A DNA stretch of 64,000 nucleotides from Spirochaetaceae bacterium (GCA_051531975.1 JAOPTT010000009.1:1-64000); one strand, 5' to 3'. Positions 48,971 to 58,511 are shown, counted from the stretch's first letter. Notes: a model not told the origin generated them from the sequence alone. Made by a program: numbers and translations.

Positions 48971-49673
48971 TACATTAACATTTTTTGAACACGTCAAAGA
49001 ACTTAGAAATAAATTAGGAATCTCTTCCATTGTATTTGTAGTGGCATCTGTGTTTGGTTACATAATTTTTCCATCTGTAATTAGTTATTTTAATAACTTT
49101 TTAGATGTAGGACTTCATGTAACCAAATTATATGAGGGCTTTTTTATGCGAGTGCAGGTTTCTCTTTATATTGGTCTTATATTTTTTATACCAGTTTTTT
49201 TATTAAATCTTTTGTTATTTATAGTCCCAGGTTTTGAGAAAGGTGATAAAGCAGTATTTGTTTCATTATTTCTTCTCAGTATCATTTTGTATGTAGTTGC
49301 TATACTTTCAGTTAGTATCTTTTTACCTATCACTATAAATTTTCTTCAATCAAAATCTTTTATTCCTGATACTCTTAATAAGATATTTTCATATGGTGAA
49401 TTTATAGATTTCTTTTTTACTTTTTTGTTAGCATTTTGTGTATCATTACAGTTTCCAGTTGTATTATTGGTTTTGCTGTATTTCAAAATATTAAAAACTG
49501 CTTGGTTAACTAAGTTTATTCCATACTTTGTTCCTGTTGCATTATTGTTGTCAGCAATAATGACTCAAGATATACTTTCTCAATTTTTGGTTGCAGTACC
49601 ACTGTTTGTTTTATATTTATTGTGTATCTTAGCTGCAAAGAAGTTAAAATGGGGTGTTGATGATATTTCTTGA
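48963..49673 (+). CDS. tatC: Twin-arginine translocase TatC (divergent)
   Basis: EHVKELRNKL, FIVPG, QFPV, TQD..SQ...AVP...LY; about 6 TM segments. Confidence 0.88.
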   Translation: MSNTLTFFEHVKELRNKLGISSIVFVVASVFGYIIFPSVISYFNNFLDVGLHVTKLYEGFFMRVQVSLYIGLIFFIPVFLLNLLLFIVPGFEKGDKAVFVSLFLLSIILYVVAILSVSIFLPITINFLQSKSFIPDTLNKIFSYGEFIDFFFTFLLAFCVSLQFPVVLLVLLYFKILKTAWLTKFIPYFVPVALLLSAIMTQDILSQFLVAVPLFVLYLLCILAAKKLKWGVDDIS

Positions 49674-51288
49674 AATAATTGCAATTCTTTTTATTATTTT
49701 TATTATTAATCCACAAAACTCTGTTTCTATGTTACGGAAAGCTGGTGTTTTAGTTGGAAAATTAAGAAAAGTAATAAATCAATTAAAATCTTATTCTAAA
49801 GACTTTAATATAACTAATCTTGATAATGAAGTTGCAGGTAATAAAAATAGTGGGGTAAATGTTAATAATGGAAAAGCTGACCATTCAACCACAGTAACAA
49901 AGATGGTTCTTTTAGATGTTATTGAAGCTAGTTATAGTATTAACATGACAAAAAATATAATTCCTTTTCTATTTGATAACAATCCAGATATTGTAAGTAA
50001 AACTATTACTATCTTAAAAAAGGATCCTCTGTTTTCATTTGAAAAGAGAGATTCATTTAGTAACTGGAATGTTGAAAAATTAGTAAGGAATCCCAATTCA
50101 GAATATTTTAATAAGGTTTTTGATCCTAATAGAGTTGCTGAAGTATCAGGAGCTATCTTTAGTATTCCTAAGGAATCTTTTGAGAAACATTATAAAAATC
50201 TCGCTGACTTTAACGGTATAGATAATTTAAACATGAAAACAATATTTTCTAAAGATAAAAGCTCATTTTTTGGTGAGTTTAAAAACTTAAGAAAAAAATA
50301 TATCGCTAAGTGCTATCCTCCACAGGGATTTGTATCACCTAGTTATAGATGTAATCTAGATTGTTCCTATTGTTTTTCTAAAGACTTATTGCAAAAATTT
50401 AATAACGATATGACAGTTGAACAATTTACATTGTATTTAAAAAAGCTTAAGGCTGACTATAATATTAAGGAAATTGGATTTTTTGGTGGTGAACCAACTT
50501 ATTTCAAAAAATTAAATGAGTTTATAGATGTAGTTGAAAATGAAAAACTATTTTGTAATATTGCCTCAAATGGTATTGTTGAAAATCAAATCTGGGAAAA
50601 AATTGTTTCTAGAGGTAGTCTAGCAATGATTACATTTCATATTGAGGATAATGATTTTTATACTAACGATACCCACTTACCTAATATTATATCTAATATT
50701 AAAAGTGCTAACCAATTTAAAAAACAGATAACTTTTAGATATAATATCGTAGATAGTGAGAGAACTGATTGGAGTTTTCTAAATAAATATATTGATTTAG
50801 TTTCACAGTTTAGGTTTAGTTTTGCTATTCCATTTCCTTCTGGTAATGGTGAAAACGAATATGTATCATTAGATGAGTTAAATAAATTTGGAAAAACAAT
50901 TGTTTCTATGATCGATCATATAGATTTTTATAGTAGAAATAGACCATATGAAATTGTATTAGCTAAACCTATACCTCTATGTGTTTTCTCTGAAAAAGAA
51001 TATTTGAGAATTTTAGAAAAAGTCAGATACAAAAATGTATGTGAAATTGATAAAAATAATAATACAAATAATCTTATAATTAATCCTGATGGTTCATACC
51101 AGTCATGTGTAGGTTTAAATAAAGACAAGTACATATTCAATGACTTTTTAGGTCAAGAGTCTCTTCCTAGCAGTTATCATATGAATATTGATAGAGTTAT
51201 AAATAAACCAATGATGGATGACTGTAAAAAGTGTTATCTATTTAATATCGGAGTCTGCCAAGGGGCTTGTTATGCCTACACCCAGTAA
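49660..51288 (+). CDS. TatB-like N-terminus fused to a radical SAM/SPASM domain
   Basis: LEIIAILFIIFIINPQN TM plus amphipathic helix; CNLDCSYC (50350-50373), FGGEP, INPDG.YQSC, CKKC...CQGAC. Confidence 0.8.
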   Translation: MIFLEIIAILFIIFIINPQNSVSMLRKAGVLVGKLRKVINQLKSYSKDFNITNLDNEVAGNKNSGVNVNNGKADHSTTVTKMVLLDVIEASYSINMTKNIIPFLFDNNPDIVSKTITILKKDPLFSFEKRDSFSNWNVEKLVRNPNSEYFNKVFDPNRVAEVSGAIFSIPKESFEKHYKNLADFNGIDNLNMKTIFSKDKSSFFGEFKNLRKKYIAKCYPPQGFVSPSYRCNLDCSYCFSKDLLQKFNNDMTVEQFTLYLKKLKADYNIKEIGFFGGEPTYFKKLNEFIDVVENEKLFCNIASNGIVENQIWEKIVSRGSLAMITFHIEDNDFYTNDTHLPNIISNIKSANQFKKQITFRYNIVDSERTDWSFLNKYIDLVSQFRFSFAIPFPSGNGENEYVSLDELNKFGKTIVSMIDHIDFYSRNRPYEIVLAKPIPLCVFSEKEYLRILEKVRYKNVCEIDKNNNTNNLIINPDGSYQSCVGLNKDKYIFNDFLGQESLPSSYHMNIDRVINKPMMDDCKKCYLFNIGVCQGACYAYTQ

Positions 51289-52195
51289 GGTTGGAGTCAA
51301 TTACATAATATTCAATGAACTCTGGGACGATGTTTTAGAAAATGAAAGTAATCAACCTATTAAGACAATTGAGCTAAATAAGTTAAAAACTATATATTTT
51401 GACTATTTATCAAATGCTTTAAAAAACCTACAACAATCACATACAAATATCGCAGTAACTGTTTGGCTAATTGAGATTTCTGAATCAGGTATAAAAGAAG
51501 TCGATCTTAGAGAGCAATTATTTAATACATTACCATACGTAAGAATTTATACAATTCCATTCATGAAAATAAGAAATTATATTTCAGCTGCAAAGAGACT
51601 AGCAAAAGGATTATATAGATCTCCTAATGAATTACACGAATTTTTAATTCTACATATAATAAAACTATCAACAACTCCTTATATTGCTATTTTAGACACT
51701 GATAATCTATTTCTAAGGCAAGATGCTTTGAATATTATTTTCCAATCATTAGAAGAAGATAAAGATAAATGGATAGGTTGTATCATGGAAAAAGGTATTA
51801 AGAGACCTTATAACGATGGATTCACTCAAATGAGAGAGAGAATGCATAGTGTAGCCCTTTTTATTATTAAAGATCGATTTAATAAAGGATTTACTGAGAC
51901 AACAAATTGGCGGATAGATACTTTTGATAAAGTTAAATTAATACAAAATGATGAATGCAGAGATTATTATCATAAGTATAAATTCTTCGATACTTTGGCG
52001 TTGTTAACCGATCTATTTAAATATAACTTTGGTGTAAATAGAATAAAAGAGTTAAACAAAGAATTAAACTCCCAAGAGTTTGAAAAATTAACCATAGTTA
52101 ACGATCTTTTTGTTCATAGTAAATATTTGCATGGAATAGATTATATTTTTGAAAACTTAAAAGATAATAAATTCATTTCTTCAATTCAAAGGTAA
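51272..52195 (+). CDS. Glycosyltransferase-like (GT-A, DxD) hypothetical protein
   Basis: H...L...TTPYIAILDTDNLF, late FVH; AAGGGG RBS before ATG 51272; overlaps the upstream gene. Confidence 0.55.
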   Translation: MPTPSKVGVNYIIFNELWDDVLENESNQPIKTIELNKLKTIYFDYLSNALKNLQQSHTNIAVTVWLIEISESGIKEVDLREQLFNTLPYVRIYTIPFMKIRNYISAAKRLAKGLYRSPNELHEFLILHIIKLSTTPYIAILDTDNLFLRQDALNIIFQSLEEDKDKWIGCIMEKGIKRPYNDGFTQMRERMHSVALFIIKDRFNKGFTETTNWRIDTFDKVKLIQNDECRDYYHKYKFFDTLALLTDLFKYNFGVNRIKELNKELNSQEFEKLTIVNDLFVHSKYLHGIDYIFENLKDNKFISSIQR

Positions 52196-52202
52196 AAAAA
52201 GT

Positions 52203-52255
52203 CTTTTACGACTAAAGTATGATGTTATTAATCACTTTTACACCTATAGTCTGAT
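52203..52255 (+). promoter_or_regulatory. 21-bp direct repeat pair with 32-bp period (candidate LuxR-type sites)
   Basis: CTTTTACGACTAAAGTATGAT / CTTTTACACCTATAGTCTGAT, 17/21 identical. Confidence 0.55.
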
Positions 52256-52303
52256 ATCGTTTTAATATATTAAATACTAATCTTATCTTATATGGAGGTC
52301 GCA

Positions 52304-53536
52304 ATGTCAATGTATAAAATAGTATTAGTAATAATTAGTATTTCACTTCTATTTTCATGTACAGAGCAAGAGTATTTAGAATTAACGGGTGATTATTCTA
52401 TTGGAACATCAGTTTTTGAATTAGAAGACAAATCAAGGTTAGAATATTATTCTGAGGAAGTATCTGAAAATAGAACAATTGTAATCAGAGCATGGTATCC
52501 AATTGAAGCCAAATCGGGTAAAACACTTCCACAATATAATGGTAAGGGAGTAGCAAAAGAATTTCAAAAACTTTTTGGTATACCTTCCTTTTTAATGAAA
52601 GATAATATTGGAAGAGCCTATACTGATGGAAGCCCTTTAAAAGGTAAATATCCTGTAGTCATTTTTAATCATGGTTTTAGTTCATGGGAATCTCAAAATG
52701 CTACAACAATGGAAGAAATAAGTTCCAACGGTTATGTTGTGCTAAGTATAAATCATCCATACGAAAGCCTTTTTACTCAATTTAATAATATGGATAGTGT
52801 TAAATTCTCTATACCTGGTTATAAAGATAAGCTTAAAGCTATGAATAAAGATATTGATGATATAACTAACGAGTTAATACAAATGGTTAAAACTATTAAA
52901 GAAGCAACTACTGAGAAGTTATATAAAGAAGCTGTTATTAAAATTACTCAATCAAAGGCTTACAAACCTGTTTTCCCATCTTTAAAATTGTGGATTGAAG
53001 ATACAGCTTTTTTAATCTCATCTCTAAATGATATTAATTTAAGTAATATAATCGACAGTGATAATATTGCAGTTATAGGTCACTCTTTTGGAGGACTTGT
53101 ATCTAGTGAACTTTCAATGTTAGGAATTAGTGGTATTAAGTGTGGCATAAGTTATGATGGACCTGTTCTATTTGATAATATGAATAAAGATATTTCTCTG
53201 AAAACCCCATTTCTATTTTTAGCAAGTACCAATGCTAAGTATGGAAAAACTGTTGTTGATCTGTCAGGTCAAAATGATTTTTTAACAACAAAAACTGATA
53301 AAAAAGTTATTTCAGGCTCAATAAATGGTAGTGGGCATTATAATTTTTCAGATATGGGTTATGTCTCTTTTCTTAAAAGAACATCGATGTTAGGTCCTAT
53401 TGATGGAGTTAAGTCGTTACAAATTATGAATGGTATAACACTGTCTTATTTAGACCATCATTTAAAAGGTGAAGTTGATCCAACCAATTCTTGGTTAAAA
53501 ATTTACCCTGAATGGAATGTAAGCAGATCTAACTAA
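52304..53536 (+). CDS. Alpha/beta hydrolase lipoprotein (PAF-acetylhydrolase-like)
   Basis: Lipobox LFSC, PVVIFNHG, NHPYE, GHSFGG, HYNFSD. Confidence 0.87.
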   Translation: MSMYKIVLVIISISLLFSCTEQEYLELTGDYSIGTSVFELEDKSRLEYYSEEVSENRTIVIRAWYPIEAKSGKTLPQYNGKGVAKEFQKLFGIPSFLMKDNIGRAYTDGSPLKGKYPVVIFNHGFSSWESQNATTMEEISSNGYVVLSINHPYESLFTQFNNMDSVKFSIPGYKDKLKAMNKDIDDITNELIQMVKTIKEATTEKLYKEAVIKITQSKAYKPVFPSLKLWIEDTAFLISSLNDINLSNIIDSDNIAVIGHSFGGLVSSELSMLGISGIKCGISYDGPVLFDNMNKDISLKTPFLFLASTNAKYGKTVVDLSGQNDFLTTKTDKKVISGSINGSGHYNFSDMGYVSFLKRTSMLGPIDGVKSLQIMNGITLSYLDHHLKGEVDPTNSWLKIYPEWNVSRSN

Positions 53537-54326
53537 GACCAACTAGTTCAAATCTACTATTAACACCAGTTTTTTTAAAAATGTTTGTTATATGTGTTTT
53601 GACTGTGGGTATTGATATAAATAGTTCTTCGCTAATTTGTCTGTTTGATTTTCCTTTTAAAATATAATGTACAACCTCTTCCTCTCTGGGGGAGAGGCCT
53701 TCAATTTTTTTTGTGTTAATGTTATGTGTAATACTCGTATAATAAAGAATACAGTATAAAAGATATATGAATGGATATAGACGAATAGGTAAGGTATCTT
53801 GAGATATTATATCAAAAGCTATTAATGGAAGAAGAATCATATCATATTTTGAACTCTGTTTTTCAAACTTGGTTTTGTTCTTTTTAATTACACTACCAAA
53901 CATCGTAAATGCAAATAGAATAACAATAAATATCCGTATATAATTTACATGTGGAGATAATATTGTAATAAAATTATTTTCAATTTTCATAACAAATAAG
54001 ATAGATATTAAAATTATCAAACCACTAAAAATGTAAAATGCCAAAATTGGTTTTAAATATTTATGGTGCTTATATTGTAATTTAACAAGGCTTAACATAA
54101 ATAATATGACCATAATAGAAGTTGAATAATTTAGAATATAAATTATTGAAGGGTGAATTGAACTTATATTAATATTTAGATAAAAAATTATTAGTGTTAA
54201 TAATTGAAGTATTGTAAAAGTACAAAAGACCCAGAAATATTCTGAGTTAAGATTTTTTAATTTTTTTAGTATAAGTACACCTGCAACAATTATCGATGCA
54301 AGGTATAGGATGTAAATATGAATCAT
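53529..54326 (-). CDS. Membrane-bound LuxR family regulator
   Basis: Multi-TM N-terminus; LSPREEEV...GKSNRQISEELFISIPTVKTH. Confidence 0.9.
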   Translation of the reverse strand: MIHIYILYLASIIVAGVLILKKLKNLNSEYFWVFCTFTILQLLTLIIFYLNINISSIHPSIIYILNYSTSIMVILFMLSLVKLQYKHHKYLKPILAFYIFSGLIILISILFVMKIENNFITILSPHVNYIRIFIVILFAFTMFGSVIKKNKTKFEKQSSKYDMILLPLIAFDIISQDTLPIRLYPFIYLLYCILYYTSITHNINTKKIEGLSPREEEVVHYILKGKSNRQISEELFISIPTVKTHITNIFKKTGVNSRFELVGLS

Positions 54327-54426
54327 AATACTTAGTTTAGATAAATTATATAATTAAATCCATGTCGTTTCTGATATTTTTCTTATATAATATATTTAGA
54401 AGTTATGTAATTAAAGGGAATCTTAT

Positions 54427-55050
54427 ATGAAACACGAATGGAGAAAAAAAGAAAAAGCAATTTATATACCTAAAACTGAACCTGTGGTTATTGATGTCCC
54501 AGAGTATCAATTTGTTACAATTAAAGGAGATGGTAGTCCCGCTAGTGATCTATTTCAAGAATGTATTGGTGCATTATATGCAATTTCGTATGCTATAAAA
54601 ATGAACTTAAAAAAAGAGTCTGAAGTTAAAGGTTACACTGACTATACAGTTTACCCATTAGAAGGAGTTTGGGATATTAATGATAAAGCAAAAAAGACTT
54701 TTAATGGAACATTAAATAAAGATGATTTAGTATTTAAACTTATGATTAGACAACCAGATTTTGTTACACCTGAGTTTTATAATAAAATGTTGGAAACTTC
54801 TAAAATTAAAAAGCCTAATCTTATGTTAGATAAAGTAAAGTTTGAAAAAATATCTGATGGAAAATGTATTCAGATGTTGCACATAGGTAGTTATGATGAT
54901 GAACCCAAAAGTTTTTCAATAATGGAAGAATTTGCAGAGACTGAAGGATTAACTAGAGAATCAAAAGTTCATAGAGAGATATACCTTTCTGACTTTAGAA
55001 AAGTAGCTACTGAGAAACTAAAAACCGTACTTAGGTTTAAGGTTATATAA
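54427..55050 (+). CDS. GyrI-like small-molecule-binding protein
   Basis: YPLEGVW, MIRQP, HIGSYDDE, HREIYLSD. Confidence 0.85.
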   Translation: MKHEWRKKEKAIYIPKTEPVVIDVPEYQFVTIKGDGSPASDLFQECIGALYAISYAIKMNLKKESEVKGYTDYTVYPLEGVWDINDKAKKTFNGTLNKDDLVFKLMIRQPDFVTPEFYNKMLETSKIKKPNLMLDKVKFEKISDGKCIQMLHIGSYDDEPKSFSIMEEFAETEGLTRESKVHREIYLSDFRKVATEKLKTVLRFKVI

Positions 55051-55051
55051 T

Positions 55052-55588
55052 TTAGTCCATATTATTAATTTTATTAAGTGTATTTAAGTTTCTTGTTGTT
55101 GAAATAACTTTTAGTCTGTTTTCTAAGAATTTATTTGAAAGCTTAGATTTACCATAACCACCAGGACAATACAGATATACTATATTATCTAAAACTTCTA
55201 ATTTATCTGGTGCTTTTACATATTCCATAACCTTAGTAATGTTTTCTAATAAAGGTGGTTCTGATAAAAAAGAGATTAATATTTTATTCCCAATATTTTC
55301 TAGATCTAAACCTTTAAATGGAAAATTGTCTAAAACCTCAGTTATATGATATTTAGTAATAACAAATACACTAACTTCAAATTTATATTTTTTAAAAATT
55401 AACTCTTCTATATTTTTTCCAATAATTTCTGTCTTATTATCTGACTCAAGTAATATATTACCTGTCTGTAAATATGTAATAATATTGCTGTAACCATTTA
55501 ACAGTAGTAGCTCTTTTAGTTCGGTCATTTTAATTTTTTTTTGACCACTTACATTGATTCCTTTTAATAATATTAAGTATCTAGTCAT
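55052..55588 (-). CDS. DUF1697 family protein
   Basis: LKGINVSG..KIKM, TYLQTGN, TTRNLNT. Confidence 0.85.
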   Translation of the reverse strand: MTRYLILLKGINVSGQKKIKMTELKELLLLNGYSNIITYLQTGNILLESDNKTEIIGKNIEELIFKKYKFEVSVFVITKYHITEVLDNFPFKGLDLENIGNKILISFLSEPPLLENITKVMEYVKAPDKLEVLDNIVYLYCPGGYGKSKLSNKFLENRLKVISTTRNLNTLNKINNMD

Positions 55589-55599
55589 ATCCGGGATCC

Positions 55600-55908
55600 T
55601 TATGCTGTTGGGTCAAAATCTTCAGATATAAAAATAGTCATATTAGGAAATGCTTTATCCCGATCTTCTATTAACGTTTGATATTCAGGGCTATTAAAAA
55701 CATCTTTAATAATCTGGGAATTAGGAAAGCTTATTACAGCTAATATTTGAGGAGCATTCCCTAATATAACATCTATAATTTTGGATCTAAAAACTATTTC
55801 TCCCTGGTTTTTAATAAACAGAGGCATGGCTTTTGATATGTAACTTGTCATGGCTGTTTGTTCCCCAGGGTTTATATCATTTAATATATTTAAATAGGTT
55901 TTTTTCAT
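55600..55908 (-). CDS. DUF1330 family protein
   Basis: VISFP...FNSPEYQ.L...R..A. Confidence 0.75.
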   Translation of the reverse strand: MKKTYLNILNDINPGEQTAMTSYISKAMPLFIKNQGEIVFRSKIIDVILGNAPQILAVISFPNSQIIKDVFNSPEYQTLIEDRDKAFPNMTIFISEDFDPTA

Positions 55909-55998
55909 ATTACATCCTTTAACAACATAATTTTCTTATTTAAGTATATATTAAAAAAAGGATGACTGCATTAGATTATCTGTTTATGACCTTTTTGA

Positions 55999-57867
55999 TT
56001 AAGTTATCTTTTCCCAATCTTTGTATAGTTTCTCTAGCCGTACTTCAAGTTTTTCTAACTTAGTTGCAACTTTTCTACCTTTTTGGTGATCATTACTATT
56101 TAAAAGAGATTTAAGTTCCTGCTCCAATTGCATTTTCTCTTCTTCAGCATTTTCAATCCTTTTCTCAATATCAATAGAATTTACTGTTTTAACTTTAATG
56201 CTGCGTTCTGTACCTCTAGTTTTAATTTCACCATTGAGTCTAGGAAGTACTGGATACCTAAACTTAAAATACTCTGAGAAATTACCATCAAAGGAAGTAA
56301 ACTTTTTATCTGATATTTCAATTACCCTATCTACTAACTGATCTAGAAAAAATCTATCATGAGATATAACCAACACAGTCCCACTAAAATTATTAATAGC
56401 TTGTTCTATCATCTCTCTGCTATTTATATCCATATGATTTGTTGGCTCATCTAATATTAAAAAGTTTGTATTCTGGTACATTAATCTTGCAAGTTGTAAC
56501 CTGTTTACTTCTCCACCAGAAAGAACAGATAGGTGTTTATCCATATCTTGAAACTCAAATGAAAACTTTTTGGCAATATTGAATGCTTCATCCGCTGTTA
56601 AAGGACCCCAGCATCTTATCTCATCTGTTATTGTAATTGCACTGGAATCAAATGATGGAACTTGTGATAGATAACCAACCTTCTGACTAGGTCCAATTCT
56701 AAGCCCTTTATTGTTCCAATCACCATGATTTAGTACAACATTTATAAAAGTAGTTTTTCCAACACCATTTGGTCCAACTAGGGCAACTTTCTCCCGACAT
56801 TGAATATCTAAAGCTGCATTTTTAAAGAGTACTTTGTCATCATAACTGAAACTAAAATCTTTAACTTCCATTGCTATGTGTGACTTAGAGTTTTCCTCAC
56901 CAAAATTTAGTTTTATGTTATCGTTTTCAATTTGTGGTCTTTCTAAGTTTTTATCAAGTTCAAACTGTAACTTTTTTTTATTTGCACTAAGTTGATCCAT
57001 GATTTTAGCAGGTGGATTATTCTGAGACATTGCGATTGATTGTAACTCTTTAAGTTTACGTTTAATTCGTACTATTTCTTTTTTTGAAGACTCATATGCA
57101 CTTTTTTCAATAATTGCATGCCTATATTTTTCTAATCTTAGGGAGGAATATTTACCATTAAAAGTTGTAAGTTTACCATTAAACATATCAAAAAGAGTTT
57201 CACATGTTTTATCTAATAGATAACGGTTATGAGATACAATTAATACAGCGGATTTATACCCTTGGATAAAAGATTCTAGCCATGCTAATCCTAAATAATC
57301 TAAATGATTCCCAGGTTCATCCAATATTAAAAGTTCAGGTTCTGAAATTAATGCTTTAGCAAAAAAAACTAGAGACCTCTCCCCTCCAGATAGGGAACCC
57401 ATAGACTGATCTAAGGAGTTATCAAGACCGAGCTTTTTAAGTAATGCCTCACCTTTATCAAGTGCAGAATATCCTCCAAGAGTTTCAAACTGTTCAGAAA
57501 CCTTTTGGTAATCTGTAAGTAATGCTTCCATTGTCTCTGGATTTGTATCTACCATTGATGATTCTAGTTTATGAAGTTTATCCATAATAGGGGTCAATTC
57601 TGTTATTAAAAAGTCCTGAAGGGGCATTTCAGAGTCAAATTTTGGTTGCTGGGGAAGGTATCCAACATTTAGATCTTTTTTTAGAAAGAGAGATCCATTA
57701 TCCTGTTCGGTTTCACCTAGTAATAGACGAATTAGTGTAGTTTTTCCTACGCCATTAGGGCCTATCAAACCAATTTTTTGGCCTTCCAAGATTCTAAAAT
57801 CTGTATCAATTAATATATCTTTTGATCCATTGTTAAGGTTTAGTTTTGTAGCTTTTACCAGTTCCAT
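55999..57867 (-). CDS. ABC-F family ATPase
   Basis: Two GPNGVGKTT, LSGGE, DEP.NH, SH.R motifs; no TM segment. Confidence 0.93.
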   Translation of the reverse strand: MELVKATKLNLNNGSKDILIDTDFRILEGQKIGLIGPNGVGKTTLIRLLLGETEQDNGSLFLKKDLNVGYLPQQPKFDSEMPLQDFLITELTPIMDKLHKLESSMVDTNPETMEALLTDYQKVSEQFETLGGYSALDKGEALLKKLGLDNSLDQSMGSLSGGERSLVFFAKALISEPELLILDEPGNHLDYLGLAWLESFIQGYKSAVLIVSHNRYLLDKTCETLFDMFNGKLTTFNGKYSSLRLEKYRHAIIEKSAYESSKKEIVRIKRKLKELQSIAMSQNNPPAKIMDQLSANKKKLQFELDKNLERPQIENDNIKLNFGEENSKSHIAMEVKDFSFSYDDKVLFKNAALDIQCREKVALVGPNGVGKTTFINVVLNHGDWNNKGLRIGPSQKVGYLSQVPSFDSSAITITDEIRCWGPLTADEAFNIAKKFSFEFQDMDKHLSVLSGGEVNRLQLARLMYQNTNFLILDEPTNHMDINSREMIEQAINNFSGTVLVISHDRFFLDQLVDRVIEISDKKFTSFDGNFSEYFKFRYPVLPRLNGEIKTRGTERSIKVKTVNSIDIEKRIENAEEEKMQLEQELKSLLNSNDHQKGRKVATKLEKLEVRLEKLYKDWEKIT

Positions 57868-57912
57868 AATAATACAATTTTAAAACAATACAATAGAATA
57901 GTCTCTACTACT

Positions 57913-58479
57913 TTAGTTTAATTTTTTAGCAATAACAAATAGGGAGTCATTAGGTTCTAATTCTTCATACTCACTATATTCTATAACTTCATAATTTTTA
58001 CTAATAAGATCTATAAGTTTTTGCGTCGGGAAGTATACACAGTGCATGTCATCAAAATCTTCTGTTTTATCTCCAATCCAAAAGCTATGTATTATTAACC
58101 CGTCAGGTTTTAGAACTTCATGTTGTCTAATTAATGATTTTTTTAACTGGTCTAACTCAAAATGATGCAATACTTTACAAGAATAGATAGCACTAAACTT
58201 TTTTTGACACTTTATAGTTATTGCATCAATTTCTAAAAAATCACCCTGAGGAAATCTAATCTTTGCTCTCTTTATAAATTCTTCAGAGTAGTCGGTTCCA
58301 GTGACATTATAGTTTTCTGATAACCAGATATAATCATTTCCTGGCCCCATACCTAGTTCTAGAATGTTGCTACCTCGACCTAAGTTTTTAATAATGCTAC
58401 TCTTAAAGCTTGAATTATCGTAGCCTTGGCACATTTTAATGTACTGATCTACACCTTTAGGTGTGTTATATGTATCCAT
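57913..58479 (-). CDS. Class I SAM-dependent methyltransferase
   Basis: ILELGMGPG, VLHH, LKPDG; start at ATG 58479 inferred. Confidence 0.87.
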   Translation of the reverse strand: MDTYNTPKGVDQYIKMCQGYDNSSFKSSIIKNLGRGSNILELGMGPGNDYIWLSENYNVTGTDYSEEFIKRAKIRFPQGDFLEIDAITIKCQKKFSAIYSCKVLHHFELDQLKKSLIRQHEVLKPDGLIIHSFWIGDKTEDFDDMHCVYFPTQKLIDLISKNYEVIEYSEYEELEPNDSLFVIAKKLN

Positions 58480-58511
58480 ATCTATAACTATATAACACAC
58501 AGGAGAGAGTT

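Noticed and set aside
52304..53536. Hydrolase as the RiPP leader peptidase or release enzyme
   Set aside because: It is separated by about 110 bp with its own regulatory repeat and LuxR partner and has esterase-type motifs; no support beyond adjacency.
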